Shown here in pieces: positions 1-12,441 of a stretch of DNA of 64,000 bases; positions within the stretch are counted from its first letter, which is position 1; each line of letters begins with the position of its first letter. This DNA comes from Macrostomum lignano (lineage: Eukaryota): the NCBI GenBank assembly GCA_002269645.1, contig NIVC01004010.1, positions 44,756 through 108,755 of the forward strand, read 5' to 3'. Under the pieces are notes generated by a model. The model was not told where the DNA came from. It made no database searches and saw nothing but the letters and a program-made list of their open reading frames with translations. Made by a program: the position numbers and the translations under genes.

Positions 1-170
1 TCGGGAGCAGCCCTCGGCCTGGAGGGGGGGGGGGAGGCTGCGCTCTCTGAGACCCGCATGCCCGCACTTGAGCCACGCGTATAGCCAGACTATTAAATAG
101 ATGAAGAGCGGCAGCAAACAAGCTGTGCAGTTCGGGAAGGACCCAAAGCTGCAGAGTGTTGGCAGCGATC

Positions 171-959
171 ATGCCTCAGTTATGGAACGAGTCCAGAAGC
201 AACGACACTGCAGACTCCAGCTGGAGCCCGAAGCCGCTGTTCGTCGTGCCCAAGTCGGCCATCACGGTGATGGTCGCCTTTGCGCTGCTCGCCATCGGCT
301 TCGGCCTGGCCAAGCTGCTCAACCGCTTCTACAGGCGGTCTCATTTGCGCGACGACCGCAGCGACGTCAGCGACCACACGCGGCAGCTGCTGAGCCTGCA
401 GAAGTCAACCAGGCAAGGCCTCCTGCAGCGGCGTCGGGCGAAGCGGGCGGAAATGTCCGAGACGGAGCGACTGCAGTGGCAGATGACGGTGCTCAGCATG
501 TGGCAGCGCCGGCCGGAGGAGGAGGACGAGTCGGACATGGACCCGCACACCGCCATGCTCAGCCGCCTGCGCAAGGCCTGGCTGATGAAGCGCAACCGAA
601 GCCGGCAGCCGGAGGCTGGGCAGGCCAACGGGCAGCAGAAGAAGCAGCGCACGGAGGAGGAGCTGCAGGCCGAGGTGAAGCGGCTGGCACTCGCCTGGCT
701 GGCCGCGAGTCGCGCCGCCGCCGCCGTGACGCGCCGCAATCGGCGCCGATCGGCCAGCCACAACGCGATGATGCGCCGACTGAGTCGGGCCTGGCGCCAG
801 CACATGGGCACCATTGCCGAGGCCGAGGCGGGCGACTCGGACAATGACAGCTACATCACCGTCGCTGACCAGCTGTCGGCACGCGATGCCGCCAGCGCCG
901 CGGACTTGGAGGCCGCCTCGGGGCGCAGAGACGGAGGCTACACGTGCCGCCTGCAGTGA
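171..959 (+). CDS. Hypothetical single-pass membrane protein (~262 aa from ATG 171)
   Basis: Long GC-rich ORF; short N-terminus with N-glycosylation sequons NES and NDT, hydrophobic segment AITVMVAFALLAIGFGLAKLL followed by basic NRFYRR, then a charged cytoplasmic tail; AATAAA near 1076. No family recognised. Confidence 0.55.
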   Translation: MPQLWNESRSNDTADSSWSPKPLFVVPKSAITVMVAFALLAIGFGLAKLLNRFYRRSHLRDDRSDVSDHTRQLLSLQKSTRQGLLQRRRAKRAEMSETERLQWQMTVLSMWQRRPEEEDESDMDPHTAMLSRLRKAWLMKRNRSRQPEAGQANGQQKKQRTEEELQAEVKRLALAWLAASRAAAAVTRRNRRRSASHNAMMRRLSRAWRQHMGTIAEAEAGDSDNDSYITVADQLSARDAASAADLEAASGRRDGGYTCRLQ

Positions 960-1595
960 CCGTTTGCCCCGCCATGCAGAGTGCAGCCGTTGGCATTTAT
1001 CGACTTAAATTCGAATGTATATTTAGCCTAAACATCTAATTTAATTTCACGAGTGATTAGTATGAAATCAGCGATAATAAAATCATTAAAAGAATCAGCA
1101 ATAGCCCCCTCTTTTGCCAATAGCTAGTAAAGCGATGTCCGCTGAGACGAAAGCAACTTCATTTCGGCGCCTCAGTTGACATCCCTACTGTTATTTCGAC
1201 ACAATCTAGCATCTATCTAAATCTATCCTTACATATGTTTGCACCATATCAGCTCCAGTGTGTCCCTGGAGATATTTAGTCTTTATTCATACAGTGTCGA
1301 AGCTTGAAATTCTATAACTTTGACTCCAATTTTTTGAATTTCATAATTCAAAAACAATACTTTAACAAAAAATCTCTCGTCGTTCAAAAATTATTTGAAA
1401 TTTTTAAAGCCGCTTAAGTTTACTTGTTAAGCTTCGAATGGTGAGTTTCAGTATGAGATTCAAAATTTTTAGTTGGTTCAAAAACTTGAGTTAGTTCTGA
1501 GTTATTCCCCAGTTAAAAAAGCTTTCAGAGAGGTCATTACTGAGAAAGCTAAACTGGATTGCTATAAATCAATGGAAAATAAGACATTCCTGATT

Positions 1596-1953
1596 TGTGT
1601 CCTGTGGGTCAGTCAGCTGTAGCAGTGTATTGTGGGTCAGTCAGCTGTAGCAGTGTCTTGTGGATCAGTCAGCTGTAACAGTGTCTTGTAGGTCAGTCAG
1701 CTGTAGCAGTGTCTTGTGGATCAGTCAGCTGTAGCAGAGTATTGTGGGTCAGTCAGCTGTAGCAGTGTCTTGTGGGTCAGTCAGCTGTAGCAGTGTCTTG
1801 TGGGTCAGTTAGCTGTAGCAGTGTCTTGTAGGTCAGTCAGCTGTAGCAGTGTATTGTGGGTCAGTCAGCTGTAGCAGCGTCTTGTAGGTCAGTCAGCTGT
1901 AGCAGTGTCTTGTGGGTCAGTCAGCTGTAGCATTGTCTTGTGGGTCAGTCAGC
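1596..1953. repeat. 28-bp minisatellite, left part
   Basis: Unit tgtgggtcagtcagctgtagcagtgtct, ~12 copies. Confidence 0.95.
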
Positions 1954-4900
1954 GCCAAGTTCGCCAAGTTCGCGCCTGACCTCGCCAGTAGGGTGCCTGC
2001 AGCGTGAGCAGCAGCACCTCCTGCACCGGCTGTGGGCAGTACGACTCGGCGCGGATGAGATGGCCTGCGAGCTGGAGTCGCCGACGGCGCAGTAGATCGC
2101 TTGGACGTGGCAAGCCAGTGCGGCGATAGAGTGCCGCGTTGTTGACTCGCTTGACGCCGATGTTGAAGGCGGCGTGCAGCAGGCCAGCGTGCGCCGCATC
2201 GACTTGCTGTTCGAGTGAGTCCGTCAGCGTCCAGGTCTCGGCGTTGTAGAGCAGGACGGTCTCGATTACCGCCTGGAACAGCGCCGCCCATTGGCGGTCC
2301 GGTAGGGCCTCGGACTGCAGGACTGCCCTCACAGAACAAAAGGCAGCCCAGGCAAGCCCGCGACGGCGTCGCAGGTCCTAGCGAGCGTCTGGAACCAGAC
2401 CACCGAGGTAGACGAACTGCTGACATCGCGGGAGCTCGGTCGCCTGCCCGTCAGCGCCTCGGCAGAATATTGCAGCCTCGCTGTCGTCCGGCACGCAGAG
2501 CACAACGGTCTTCTGCGTGTTGACCACCAGGCCGACACTCGCCGCAACGGCAACCAGCCTGTCCAGCTGCCGTTGGGCGCCCTCGACGGTCGAGGACAGC
2601 AGGGCGAGGTCGTCGGCGTAGCCAAGCACGCTGAGCCGTTTCTCCGGTTGACGTCGACCACGCGTCGCCGCAGCAGAAAGCCGCGTCGTCGGTAGGCTGA
2701 GCAGTCCGCAGCACCCAGTCAAGCACCAGGATGAACAGGAACGGCGCCAACGTATCTCCCTGAAGCACTCCGGAGGAGGTCTCAAAGGAGTCCGATAGGC
2801 CGTCCGGTGTTGTCACAGCAGCTGTCGTATCACGGTACATCGCCATGATGGCGGAGATCAGCTGCTCAGGCACGTTGTACGCGAGGAGCACCATTGGAAG
2901 CACGGCTCTGACAACCAAATCGAATGCCTTCTTGAAATCAATAAAGATTAGAATCAGGATCGACTGGCGAATCCGCGCCTCCTCGATGACTCGGCGAAGA
3001 GCCAGGATCTGCGCCACTGTGCCGCGATGGGGCCGGAACCCGTTCTGCTCTGGGCGCAGGTACGGATCCAGCACGGGCTGCAACCGCGAAAGCAGCATCC
3101 GGTTGAATAGCTTCGCTGCACAGGACTGAAGGCAGATGCCTCGATGGTCTTCAAGCCTAGTGGTGCCCGGCTTCTTTGGAACAGCGACGATGTGCGCCGT
3201 GGTCCATTCGTTGGGCGCCGCCTCACCGAAGAGCACGCGGTTCATCACTCTGGCGACCTCAGCGGCCACACAGGGGATGCGCAGCGCCTCGATGGGCACC
3301 TCGTCCGGACCCAGCGCTTTCCCGCCCGGTGACTGCTGGGCGAGCTTGACAACGTCGGCTGCGTTGACTGGGGCTACGCTAAAACTCTCCTCTGCCGGCA
3401 ATGGCGTCTCCGGCGGCAGCGTCAGACTGTCTGGCAGCGGGGGTGGCGGCGCGTTAACGATGGCGGCGAAGAACTCGCGCAGCTCGTTCCTGCGCTCATC
3501 CGGAGTGTCACCAGCCAGGTTCAGCGGATTGCGCCGCTTTCGCCCCGTCAGAGCGTTGATGGCGGACCAGGCCACGCGCCCTCTGGCATCGGGCCCAGCG
3601 GCAGAGACAGCCTGAATGGCGTCATCGACAGCCGCTTGTTGGCGCTGCAGGTAGACAGCCGCCAGAGCTGCCTCTGCCTCGCGGGTTGGTCGCCTGCTCA
3701 AGCGGAGCCTCTCCAGATCTTCCCTCGATGCCTGAATCGCGGGGTCGTCCTGCCAGACCGGCTGCCCACGTTGAGCCGGTTGCATCATCGGGACTGCTTG
3801 CTCCGCGGCGGTTCTGACTGCAGCGCACACTTCCGCATACTCGGCATTTCCACGCTTGTCGCCCAGCGCAGTGTTAAAGGCGCTAGCAAAGCGACGCTGC
3901 GTATCGGTGGCTCTGAGCGCGCGGTAGTAACTCCGCGGTGGCCGCTTCGGCGGACGGTAGAGCGGATCGCGAAGGTTGAGGTCGCAGATGAGGAGCCGGT
4001 GATCGGACCGCAGAGCCAGCGGCGTGATGGTGCGGCAGTTAACGGCGCGACGACGCTCACGGAAACGCACGAGCACGTGGTCGAGCTGTGCTTGTCTCCG
4101 GGTTGCGTTCCTGCCACGCGCGTTCCGTCGCCTCCGCTTGCAGCCCACGAAGGTTGCGAGACCACTCAGTGGCTTGCGGAAGCGGGTGTTGGCCGACACC
4201 ATGTCCTGCCTCTCTAGGAAGTCCTCCAATGCCTCGGTGTTGTTGTTCTCGCGTGGCGTCACGAACAGCGACCTCTCGGACCTACGCAGGACTGCGTTCA
4301 GGTCTCCGAGGGCGACCGCTGTGTCACGCTGCGCCGTCGCCTCTACCTGCACTGAGAGCTGCTCGAAAAACTCTTGAGCCTCGTCAGGGCGTGTGGCATG
4401 GGGCGCGTACGCGCAGAACAGGCGAGCATTCCGACCGCGAAGCCGGACGTCGATCCGAAGCAACCGGGGGACAGGGAGACGCAGCGACAGCTCTGCTGCA
4501 GCCTCGGCCCGATCAGCGCTCCAACTCCTCCACGGCCTCGCTGGTCCGCAGAAGTATAGTAGAGGGGCCACCCGGCGCCAAGTCCTCACAATGAAGTCCC
4601 GGCTCGGCCTTGCAGCTCAGGTCGTAAGCTAGCTTCGCCAGCACCCCTCTACGCCAAGCAGCCTTGAGAGTGCGGCAGTTCAGCGTCCCGACCCCAAGCA
4701 TGCCCTGTGGTACGGCTGGGGCTCGATGCAGTTGAGCCTCACGGTCCCCGGCGCCGACCGGAGGATCCGAGTGGACCCGCGCGGCAGCCACGCAGCCGGC
4801 CTCGTCGGTTCCACTCACGCCGACGCTCAACACGCCGACGGGCGCTCCACTGCCCTCGCTTGGTCCTGCCGCATTTGGCCGCCGCAGCAGTTAAGCGCGG

Positions 4901-4962
4901 CTCTCCGTTCTGACCACGAGGAGATAGCGGCATTCATCTGCACCGTGGTGGAAATAAATTAA
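1954..4962 (-). mobile_element. Degenerate RTE-clade non-LTR retrotransposon (APE endonuclease + RT), 3-prime truncated
   Basis: APE motifs GTLNCRTL, LGDLNA, LDHVLV, SDHRLL; RT motifs QNGFRPHR, IDFKKAFD, GVLQGDTLAPFLF, LGYADDLALL, YLG; RTE-type C-terminus LLYNAETWTL...RRRRLQLAGHLIR. Frameshifts and one stop. Confidence 0.92.
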
Positions 4963-4966
4963 TCAG
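4867..4966 (-). ncRNA. HDV-like self-cleaving ribozyme fold at the 5-prime end of the RTE element
   Basis: Minus strand: P2 UGCCGC/GCGGCA, P3 AUC/GGU around L3 UCCUCGU, P1 3-prime strand CAGAAC, J1/4 GG, P4 GCCGC...GCGGC, J4/2 GGCCAA. The P1 5-prime strand is only partly present (CUG). Confidence 0.75.
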
Positions 4967-5551
4967 CTGTAGCAGTGTCTTGTAGGTCAGTCAGCTGTAG
5001 CAGTGTATTGTGGGTCAGTCAGCTGTAGCAGTGTCTTGTGGGTCAGTCAGCTGTAGCAGTGTCTTGTGGGTCAGTCAGCTGTAGCATTGTCTTGTGGGTC
5101 AGTCAGCTGTAGCAGTGTCTTGTGGGTCAGTCAGCTGTAGCAGAGTATTGTGGGTCAGTCAGCTGTAGCAGTGTCTTGTGGGTCATTCAGCTGTAGCAGT
5201 GTATTGTATGTCAGTCAGCTGTAGCAGTGTATTGTGGGTCAGTCAGCTGTAGCAGTGTCTTGTGGGTCAGTCAGCTGTAGCAGTGTCTTGTGGGTCAGTC
5301 AGCTGTAGCATTGTCTTGTGGGTCAGTCAGCTGTAGCAGTGTCTTGTGGGTCAGTCAGCTGTAGCAGAGTATTGTGGGTCAGTCAGCTGTAGCAGTGTCT
5401 TGTGGGTCATTCAGCTGTAGCAGTGTATTGTATGTCAGTCAGCTGTAGCATTGTCTTGTGGGTCAGTCAGCTGTAGCAGTGTCCTGTGGGTCAGTCAGCT
5501 GTAGCATTGTCTTGTGGGTCAGTCAGCCGTAGCAGTGTCTCGTAGGTCAGT
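4963..5551. repeat. 28-bp minisatellite, right part
   Basis: Same unit as 1596-1953, ~21 copies. Confidence 0.95.
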
Positions 5552-5554
5552 GAA

Positions 5555-5790
5555 GTTCTTGAGTTTAAAGCAACGTCATGTCAAACATAAAAGGAGCTCA
5601 ATGTAAAGGTGGATTGCTTAGATGTCAAGACTCATGGAGGGGAGTGTGGGTTGCTAAGATGCCAAGGGTCAATTTTAAGTTGTTGGTGGGCCAAGCCAAA
5701 GGGAGATTAGGGTTAAGCCATGCCCTAAAGCTCACAGGGGATGCTGATATCTTAGGCTTTCAGGGCTTTCAGGGCTGACGCTTTTTGCTT
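5555..5790 (-). repeat. Fragment of a dispersed repeat related to 59690-60720
   Basis: Reverse complement shares ccttggcat / gtcttgacatct / ctttgacatga / taaccctaa motifs with the 59.7-60.7 kb repeat. Confidence 0.45.
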
Positions 5791-6092
5791 TAAATATCAA
5801 TCAGTTTCTTTAGAATACTTTCAATAGCAGAAAACAAAAAAACAAGCAAAAAATTCCATTCTTTGTTGCCTCCCCAACAGGGGGGGGGGCGCTGATTGCT
5901 AGCTGGGTCTAACCTTGTATCTACTTTTTCTCATTAGTTTTATTTATCAAAAATGAGCATAACTGCTTCGTAAAACAAAAAGATGGTAGGTCTGCTTTTA
6001 ATTTTAATCATTGATTTATTGTGCGTTGTTAAACTCGTAATTTGGTTAAGAATTTCATTCAAAACAGCAATTCGATCCTCATTAGCAAACGA

Positions 6093-7127
6093 CTAGTAGA
6101 CGAGCATCTCAATCTCCATCAGGGAGTAGCAGCATCCGTAGCCGTCCAGCCAGATCAGACCCTGACCGAAGGGTCCGTTCGGGCAGTCGGCAGCGTCTGG
6201 TACCGGCCGTTCGGGTGGCAGCGAGAGACCGAGTTGAACCACCAAGCTCCTTGATAGTCAGAAGCCACGTTCACGGACGGCACTCCGTCATTGTCCTGCT
6301 CGTGGGTGCTGAACTTGCTGCCGCTCATCGGACCGAATGAGTCACCGATGGCCGAGCTGCTGCTGGAGAATCCGGACACGCTGAGTTGATAGCTGCTGGC
6401 CTCGGTCCAATGGAGAAGCTGGAGTACTCAGCCCAGGACTCGCTGCCGTTCCAAGACGTCATTACGAATCGGAGCTTGCGCCCTCCGGGAACAGAAGTGT
6501 AGCTATTCAGAGCTTCCAGGCCTGAAATTGGCGTGACAAAATGCTTTGTAGTCTACTTGCCTAAGTTTATATAGCCAGCATGTGGAAGCGTACCAATCCA
6601 GTAGTTTCTATCCTCATCCTCTCCGAACGGAAGTTTATATGCGGCCCAAGTGCGATAAAAATTGACGAATTTGAGACTCGGTGCTGCACCGTCATCCAGC
6701 ACTTGCTGGCAGCCGCGCTCGGATCTGGAATATTCGAGCTAAGAAATACACTGGAGCACAGCCAGCTTTACATGACAGCAGTTAAAAGCCTCCAAGAACA
6801 GTCACTTGGACCGGAACTCACCCAAACTTGCTGCTTTGCGGAGTTGATGTTTCGACACTTCCTACAGAGGCTTAACCCCAGGCGGCACTTGTAAATTCTG
6901 CACTCCGTTGTAGTTGAATTGTACTCAACGAGTTGAGCTGTAGTCAACTTTGAGCTGGCGGTTGCCAAGCATTGAAAAATTGATCCGCTTTGCTGCGAAG
7001 TGATTACTTCATAGTCCGACAGGTTGTCATGGCTTCGAATCCAGAGATCACTCAGCTGCGACATGGTCGATGCTCGATCAAACCTCGCAGAGAAATGCAG
7101 CAGGCACAGCAGGTGCACGAGCTTCAT
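6093..7127 (-). pseudogene. Secreted PAN/apple-like + fibrinogen C-terminal domain (FReD) gene, copy 1; 3 exons, two apparent 1-nt frameshifts
   Basis: Signal peptide MKLVHLLCLLHFS; PAN-like QCLATA...YNSTTTEC; FReD motifs [47 protein letters not shown]; frameshifts near 6406 and 6170 relative to copy 2. Confidence 0.75.
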
Positions 7128-7889
7128 TTTGACAACCTTTACTGTCAGTTTAGGCTAAAACAGCTCGAAAACAGGATCTTTATTGATTTATTTGCTGCTA
7201 TCTGCTTCCAAAAAGTTAAACTGTATTGGAAAAGTCTCACAAGTCCCGCGACTGACGTTGATTGAGAGAAGCGGTTCGTGCTGAATGCTTTACCCGACAG
7301 CAGAGGGTGACTTCTGCGTCTATTTGGTTTGATTAGCAAAAATTGTAGCTCTTACTCCCTTATTAAACTGTCTTTCAAAGCGCGCTCTCCATTGAAAACC
7401 TCACGCTCTGGCGACTGAGATTGAAGTGAAAGCAAGAAATAATTGGAACGGGCTTCCATTGTTTGCCTGCAAAATCATCAAAAACTCAAATTTCGGAGAC
7501 ACTTTTGCAAAACAAGCCGATTCAACTTGGGGATGGACTCTTATTGTTGTTGACAGTTGAGCTGATAGGCTCTATGGCTTCATCTGACAAAACGTTCCTA
7601 AAACAGTCTCAAGTAACATGTAACCGCCAAAATGCTTAATAGGATAGATGCATTTAGGAGTATTAGAAATGCTTTAGTCTAACTAGATGTACTACTCGTA
7701 CTGTAGTGAAGGGGAGGCAAAGACAGATAAGTGTGGCGAGGCAGTGAGAGCCTAGAGAATGCAAGCCAAAATATAACAGAGTAACATGTTGTGCACGCTA
7801 AAATTAAAAGAATGGTAATCTTCACTGCCCCAGATCAAATGCAGTTATTGATTATGAGATGAAAATGATTATTATTTAGAAAGATGATT

Positions 7890-8380
7890 ATTTCTCATCT
7901 CTGCTGTGCAGGAACTCGGCCTCATCCATGTGACTGCATCCCTGTAATAGAAGCAGCATTCCTAAAAACACCAGTCGCGTCAGACTGCCAGTCAACGAAT
8001 CACGAATTCAACCACCGTCACGGCGCACAGCCACGACACCTGAAGACGTCGAGTTGGGTTCCATGGCAACACAAGCCTTCTACGAAGTCCATAGGCCGAT
8101 ACGGATGGGGTGCTGCAAAGCCAAAAGCCACCAGGAGGGGTGGTGCACGACAGAGGGGCTCACAAAAACACTCACGAGGCCAATGCAGCTTGTTGAGAAT
8201 GTCCATTTGACGTCGGAGGAAAACTCTCCCGTGCCGAACAGCTTGCGACGCCCAGTCCAACTTTCCGATCAGCTTCTGAAAACACAACTTTGACAGCCTC
8301 TTTTTCAAGAAGCAGAGGGATCTAACGCGCAGCAAGTCTTGGACTTTGTCGGCGGGAAGAGACATCTGGCCAGCCAAGCT
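7890..8380 (-). mobile_element. DIRS/Ngaro-like (tyrosine-recombinase retroelement) RT-RNaseH remnant
   Basis: FQKLIGKLDWASQAVRHGRVFLRRQMDIL matches the DIRS-type linker between RT and RNase H; LVFLGMLL fragment in another frame. Confidence 0.55.
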
Positions 8381-9402
8381 ATCGAATAAAATCGAGCCAA
8401 TTCGCTGTTTAAGCCAAAATAACTGAAACACCTAAGTCCAGTAGCATTTATGGTAGAGATCTCCAAATACGATACAAAGTAAAGTACCGTAAGTAGTAAC
8501 ATAAAAACGCGAAAAACTTGAATGCTATAAAAATTGCAAATAACTATACTCTATTTTAAGACCATGAATACAACGTATGATGAAGCATGAGACAAGTTGC
8601 AACTATGGTGAAATATGATGAAATAAGATGAAATCTGATAAAATATGAGTCGCGCTACTAAGTATATACCAAAAATTCGACTATAAATATAAGCGTAAAA
8701 TCCGAGCTTAAACCTCAGACTCGGAGCAGCCTCAAAAGATCTTGTGGTTAGTCAGAGCAACTAATCGAGGCTATCTCTGGGAGATAGGATTATCAATCGA
8801 GAAGCGTTGTTTAAGTCTTCGTTATTGTGATTAATTGAGAGCGATTTTATTGCCGGCCATTGTTGATAAGTTGATTTACTGAGACTATTCGAGGCCTCCC
8901 ATTTTTCCTAATGGATTGGATAGGATCTGCGGACCGATTCCGATACCCTTAGAGGATTATTGATTGTTGATTTGGATTATCCTAGATTAACCGATAGGAG
9001 CACATCACTCCGATTCCGTTATTTCTAGAAGAAGACGCCCTTCCTGGAGGATCTCGTTATTATTACAGAAAGTTGATTTTGTTTTCAAGGGCGCATTGTT
9101 GATATTGATTATTGAACTTGGGGCCTATATTGATTTTGCATTCGAGAAATACTGCGACGTCGCCAGATTTGAGTGTTACGCTCTCACTTTCGGCCGATTC
9201 TAGACTTCAAGAAGATTCCTCCGGAGAAGAAGATTGGAAGAAGCAAGTTCTACACACGCGCGCAACAAAGAAGAAGAAACAAGGAACGAGCTCGGAGAAA
9301 CCGCCCGTCAAAGAAGAGGAGCCCGCCACCGTAAGTACACTACATTTTGTTCCCAGGCTTAGGGTCTGGAAGTGGGAGTTCGAGCGTTTAGACACTAGAC
9401 CA

Positions 9403-9406
<4 letters not shown>

Positions 9407-9472
<66 letters not shown>
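9407..9472. repeat. (CT)n microsatellite
   Basis: Direct reading. Confidence 0.98.
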
Positions 9473-9479
<7 letters not shown>

Positions 9480-10150
9480 TCTCTTTCTCTCTCTCCTTTC
9501 CCCTCTCTCTAGTGTGCTTAAACGAACTCTTCATTATGGTTAAAAAGGATAACTATTGATTTATATGCTGCTATATCAGCTTCCAAAACTGTATTGAAAA
9601 AGGACTCGTTGACTGACGTTGATTGAGGCAAGCGGATTGTGCCCAATGCTACCCAGCAGAAGACAAGCGGCTGTTTTTTTCAATTTGACTATCCTTCTCC
9701 GGCCAAACTGCAGTCTTTTAAAGCGGAATTGAGATGGAAGTAAAAAAGGAAAACAAAAAAACTTTATAATAATCCTATCGCCTGAGGCTTATTGTTTGCC
9801 TGAACAATAAAGCAACCGGTTTCTGACTTTATGAAGAGTTTCTTCCTTTTGGGCACGAAAACTTTAGATAAACTTTTTTTACTGCCGAGCTGGTTGTAAA
9901 TCATGTATGGGGGGTACGGTACCGCCACGCACAATCAATCAAAAGCGGCACTTCAGTACAAATTTTGAAACTGAAAATGTCAATCGGTTATGCTGTTTAT
10001 TACGAGCTAATTCCACTTCTGATCAGGCTTTGAAGCTTTGGTGCTGTAAAACACCACTTTAATATTTTATATTTCTGACTTCAGGGTAAAAACACCTTGT
10101 TTATGAGTTAATAACGGCCTCAGAAACGATCAGGCGAAACGCGTGCTTGC

Positions 10151-11492
<1,342 letters not shown>

Positions 11493-12076
11493 CTAAAAGA
11501 TTTGCAAACTGGTCTAACGTAAACAGGCGCACGAACGGAGACTCCTTAAATATATATTTGAGTTGCAAATAATTGTGAGCAGGAAGTCAATAAAATTAAA
11601 AAAAGCTCGAGAAATCGATTAACTTTTGTCAAGTTACTGCAATTGAAATTGAAATTTTCAAAATAAAAAACTGTGCTGATTCTGAATTCGTGGCGCTGGT
11701 CACGTATTGGGACTGACTTCCTTCCTGCTTTTAATTTGATTCGCTTTTTGTTTTAATTCTTTGATTTTGGTTTTAATTTTGGCTCGTAACTAACTTTTAT
11801 ATTGACTTTGATCTGGAAACCTGGCAAAGTTAGGGACAAAATATCCAAACTTATAAAAAACTCTTTTTATCAAATGATGCTTAGTATAAACCTAAAATAA
11901 TTCCCTACTGATAATTTTCCCTCTTCTGCAACCACTACTGACATAAGTAGTTTATCTACAAGGCATCACAATGCCAATAAAATTTTAATGGCATCTATCG
12001 ACACAACCTTTTGAATACGGTACAGAAGCAGTGAAATCTGGTAACAACTGACTTGGTGCTCTCAGCACTGCCTTTC

Positions 12077-12378
12077 ATTTACCAAGCTTGTCTTAATGCT
12101 TTCAGGTCCATTGGTATGACTTACCAAGCTTGTCTTGATGCTTTCAGGTCCATTGGTATGACTTACCAAGCTTGTCTTGATGCTTTCAGGTCCATTGGTA
12201 TGACTTACCAAGCTTGTCTTGATGCTTTCAGGTCCATTGGTATGACTTACCAAGCTTGTCTTGATGCTTTCAGGTCCATTGGTATGACTTACCAAGCTTG
12301 TCTTGATGCTTTCAGGTCCATTGGTATGACTTACCAAGCTTGTCTTGATGCTTTCAGCTTCGTTGGTATGACCTACCA
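12077..12378. repeat. 42-bp minisatellite
   Basis: Unit ttaccaagcttgtcttgatgctttcaggtccattggtatgac, ~7 copies. Confidence 0.95.
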
Positions 12379-12441
12379 TGTGTTATTGACTGTGCATCGG
12401 GCCAAGGTGTTTTAACTAACTGACTAACTTTGGGGCTAGAA

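Noticed and set aside
101-847. Alternative-frame and antisense ORFs over GC-rich exons throughout the window
   Set aside because: Shadow ORFs caused by high GC3 codon bias
8706-9524. Possible element bounded by gcttaaac direct repeats, with an LTR-like end (gtaagtaca)
   Set aside because: No TIRs or clear TG...CA boundaries; the 8-bp match may be chance
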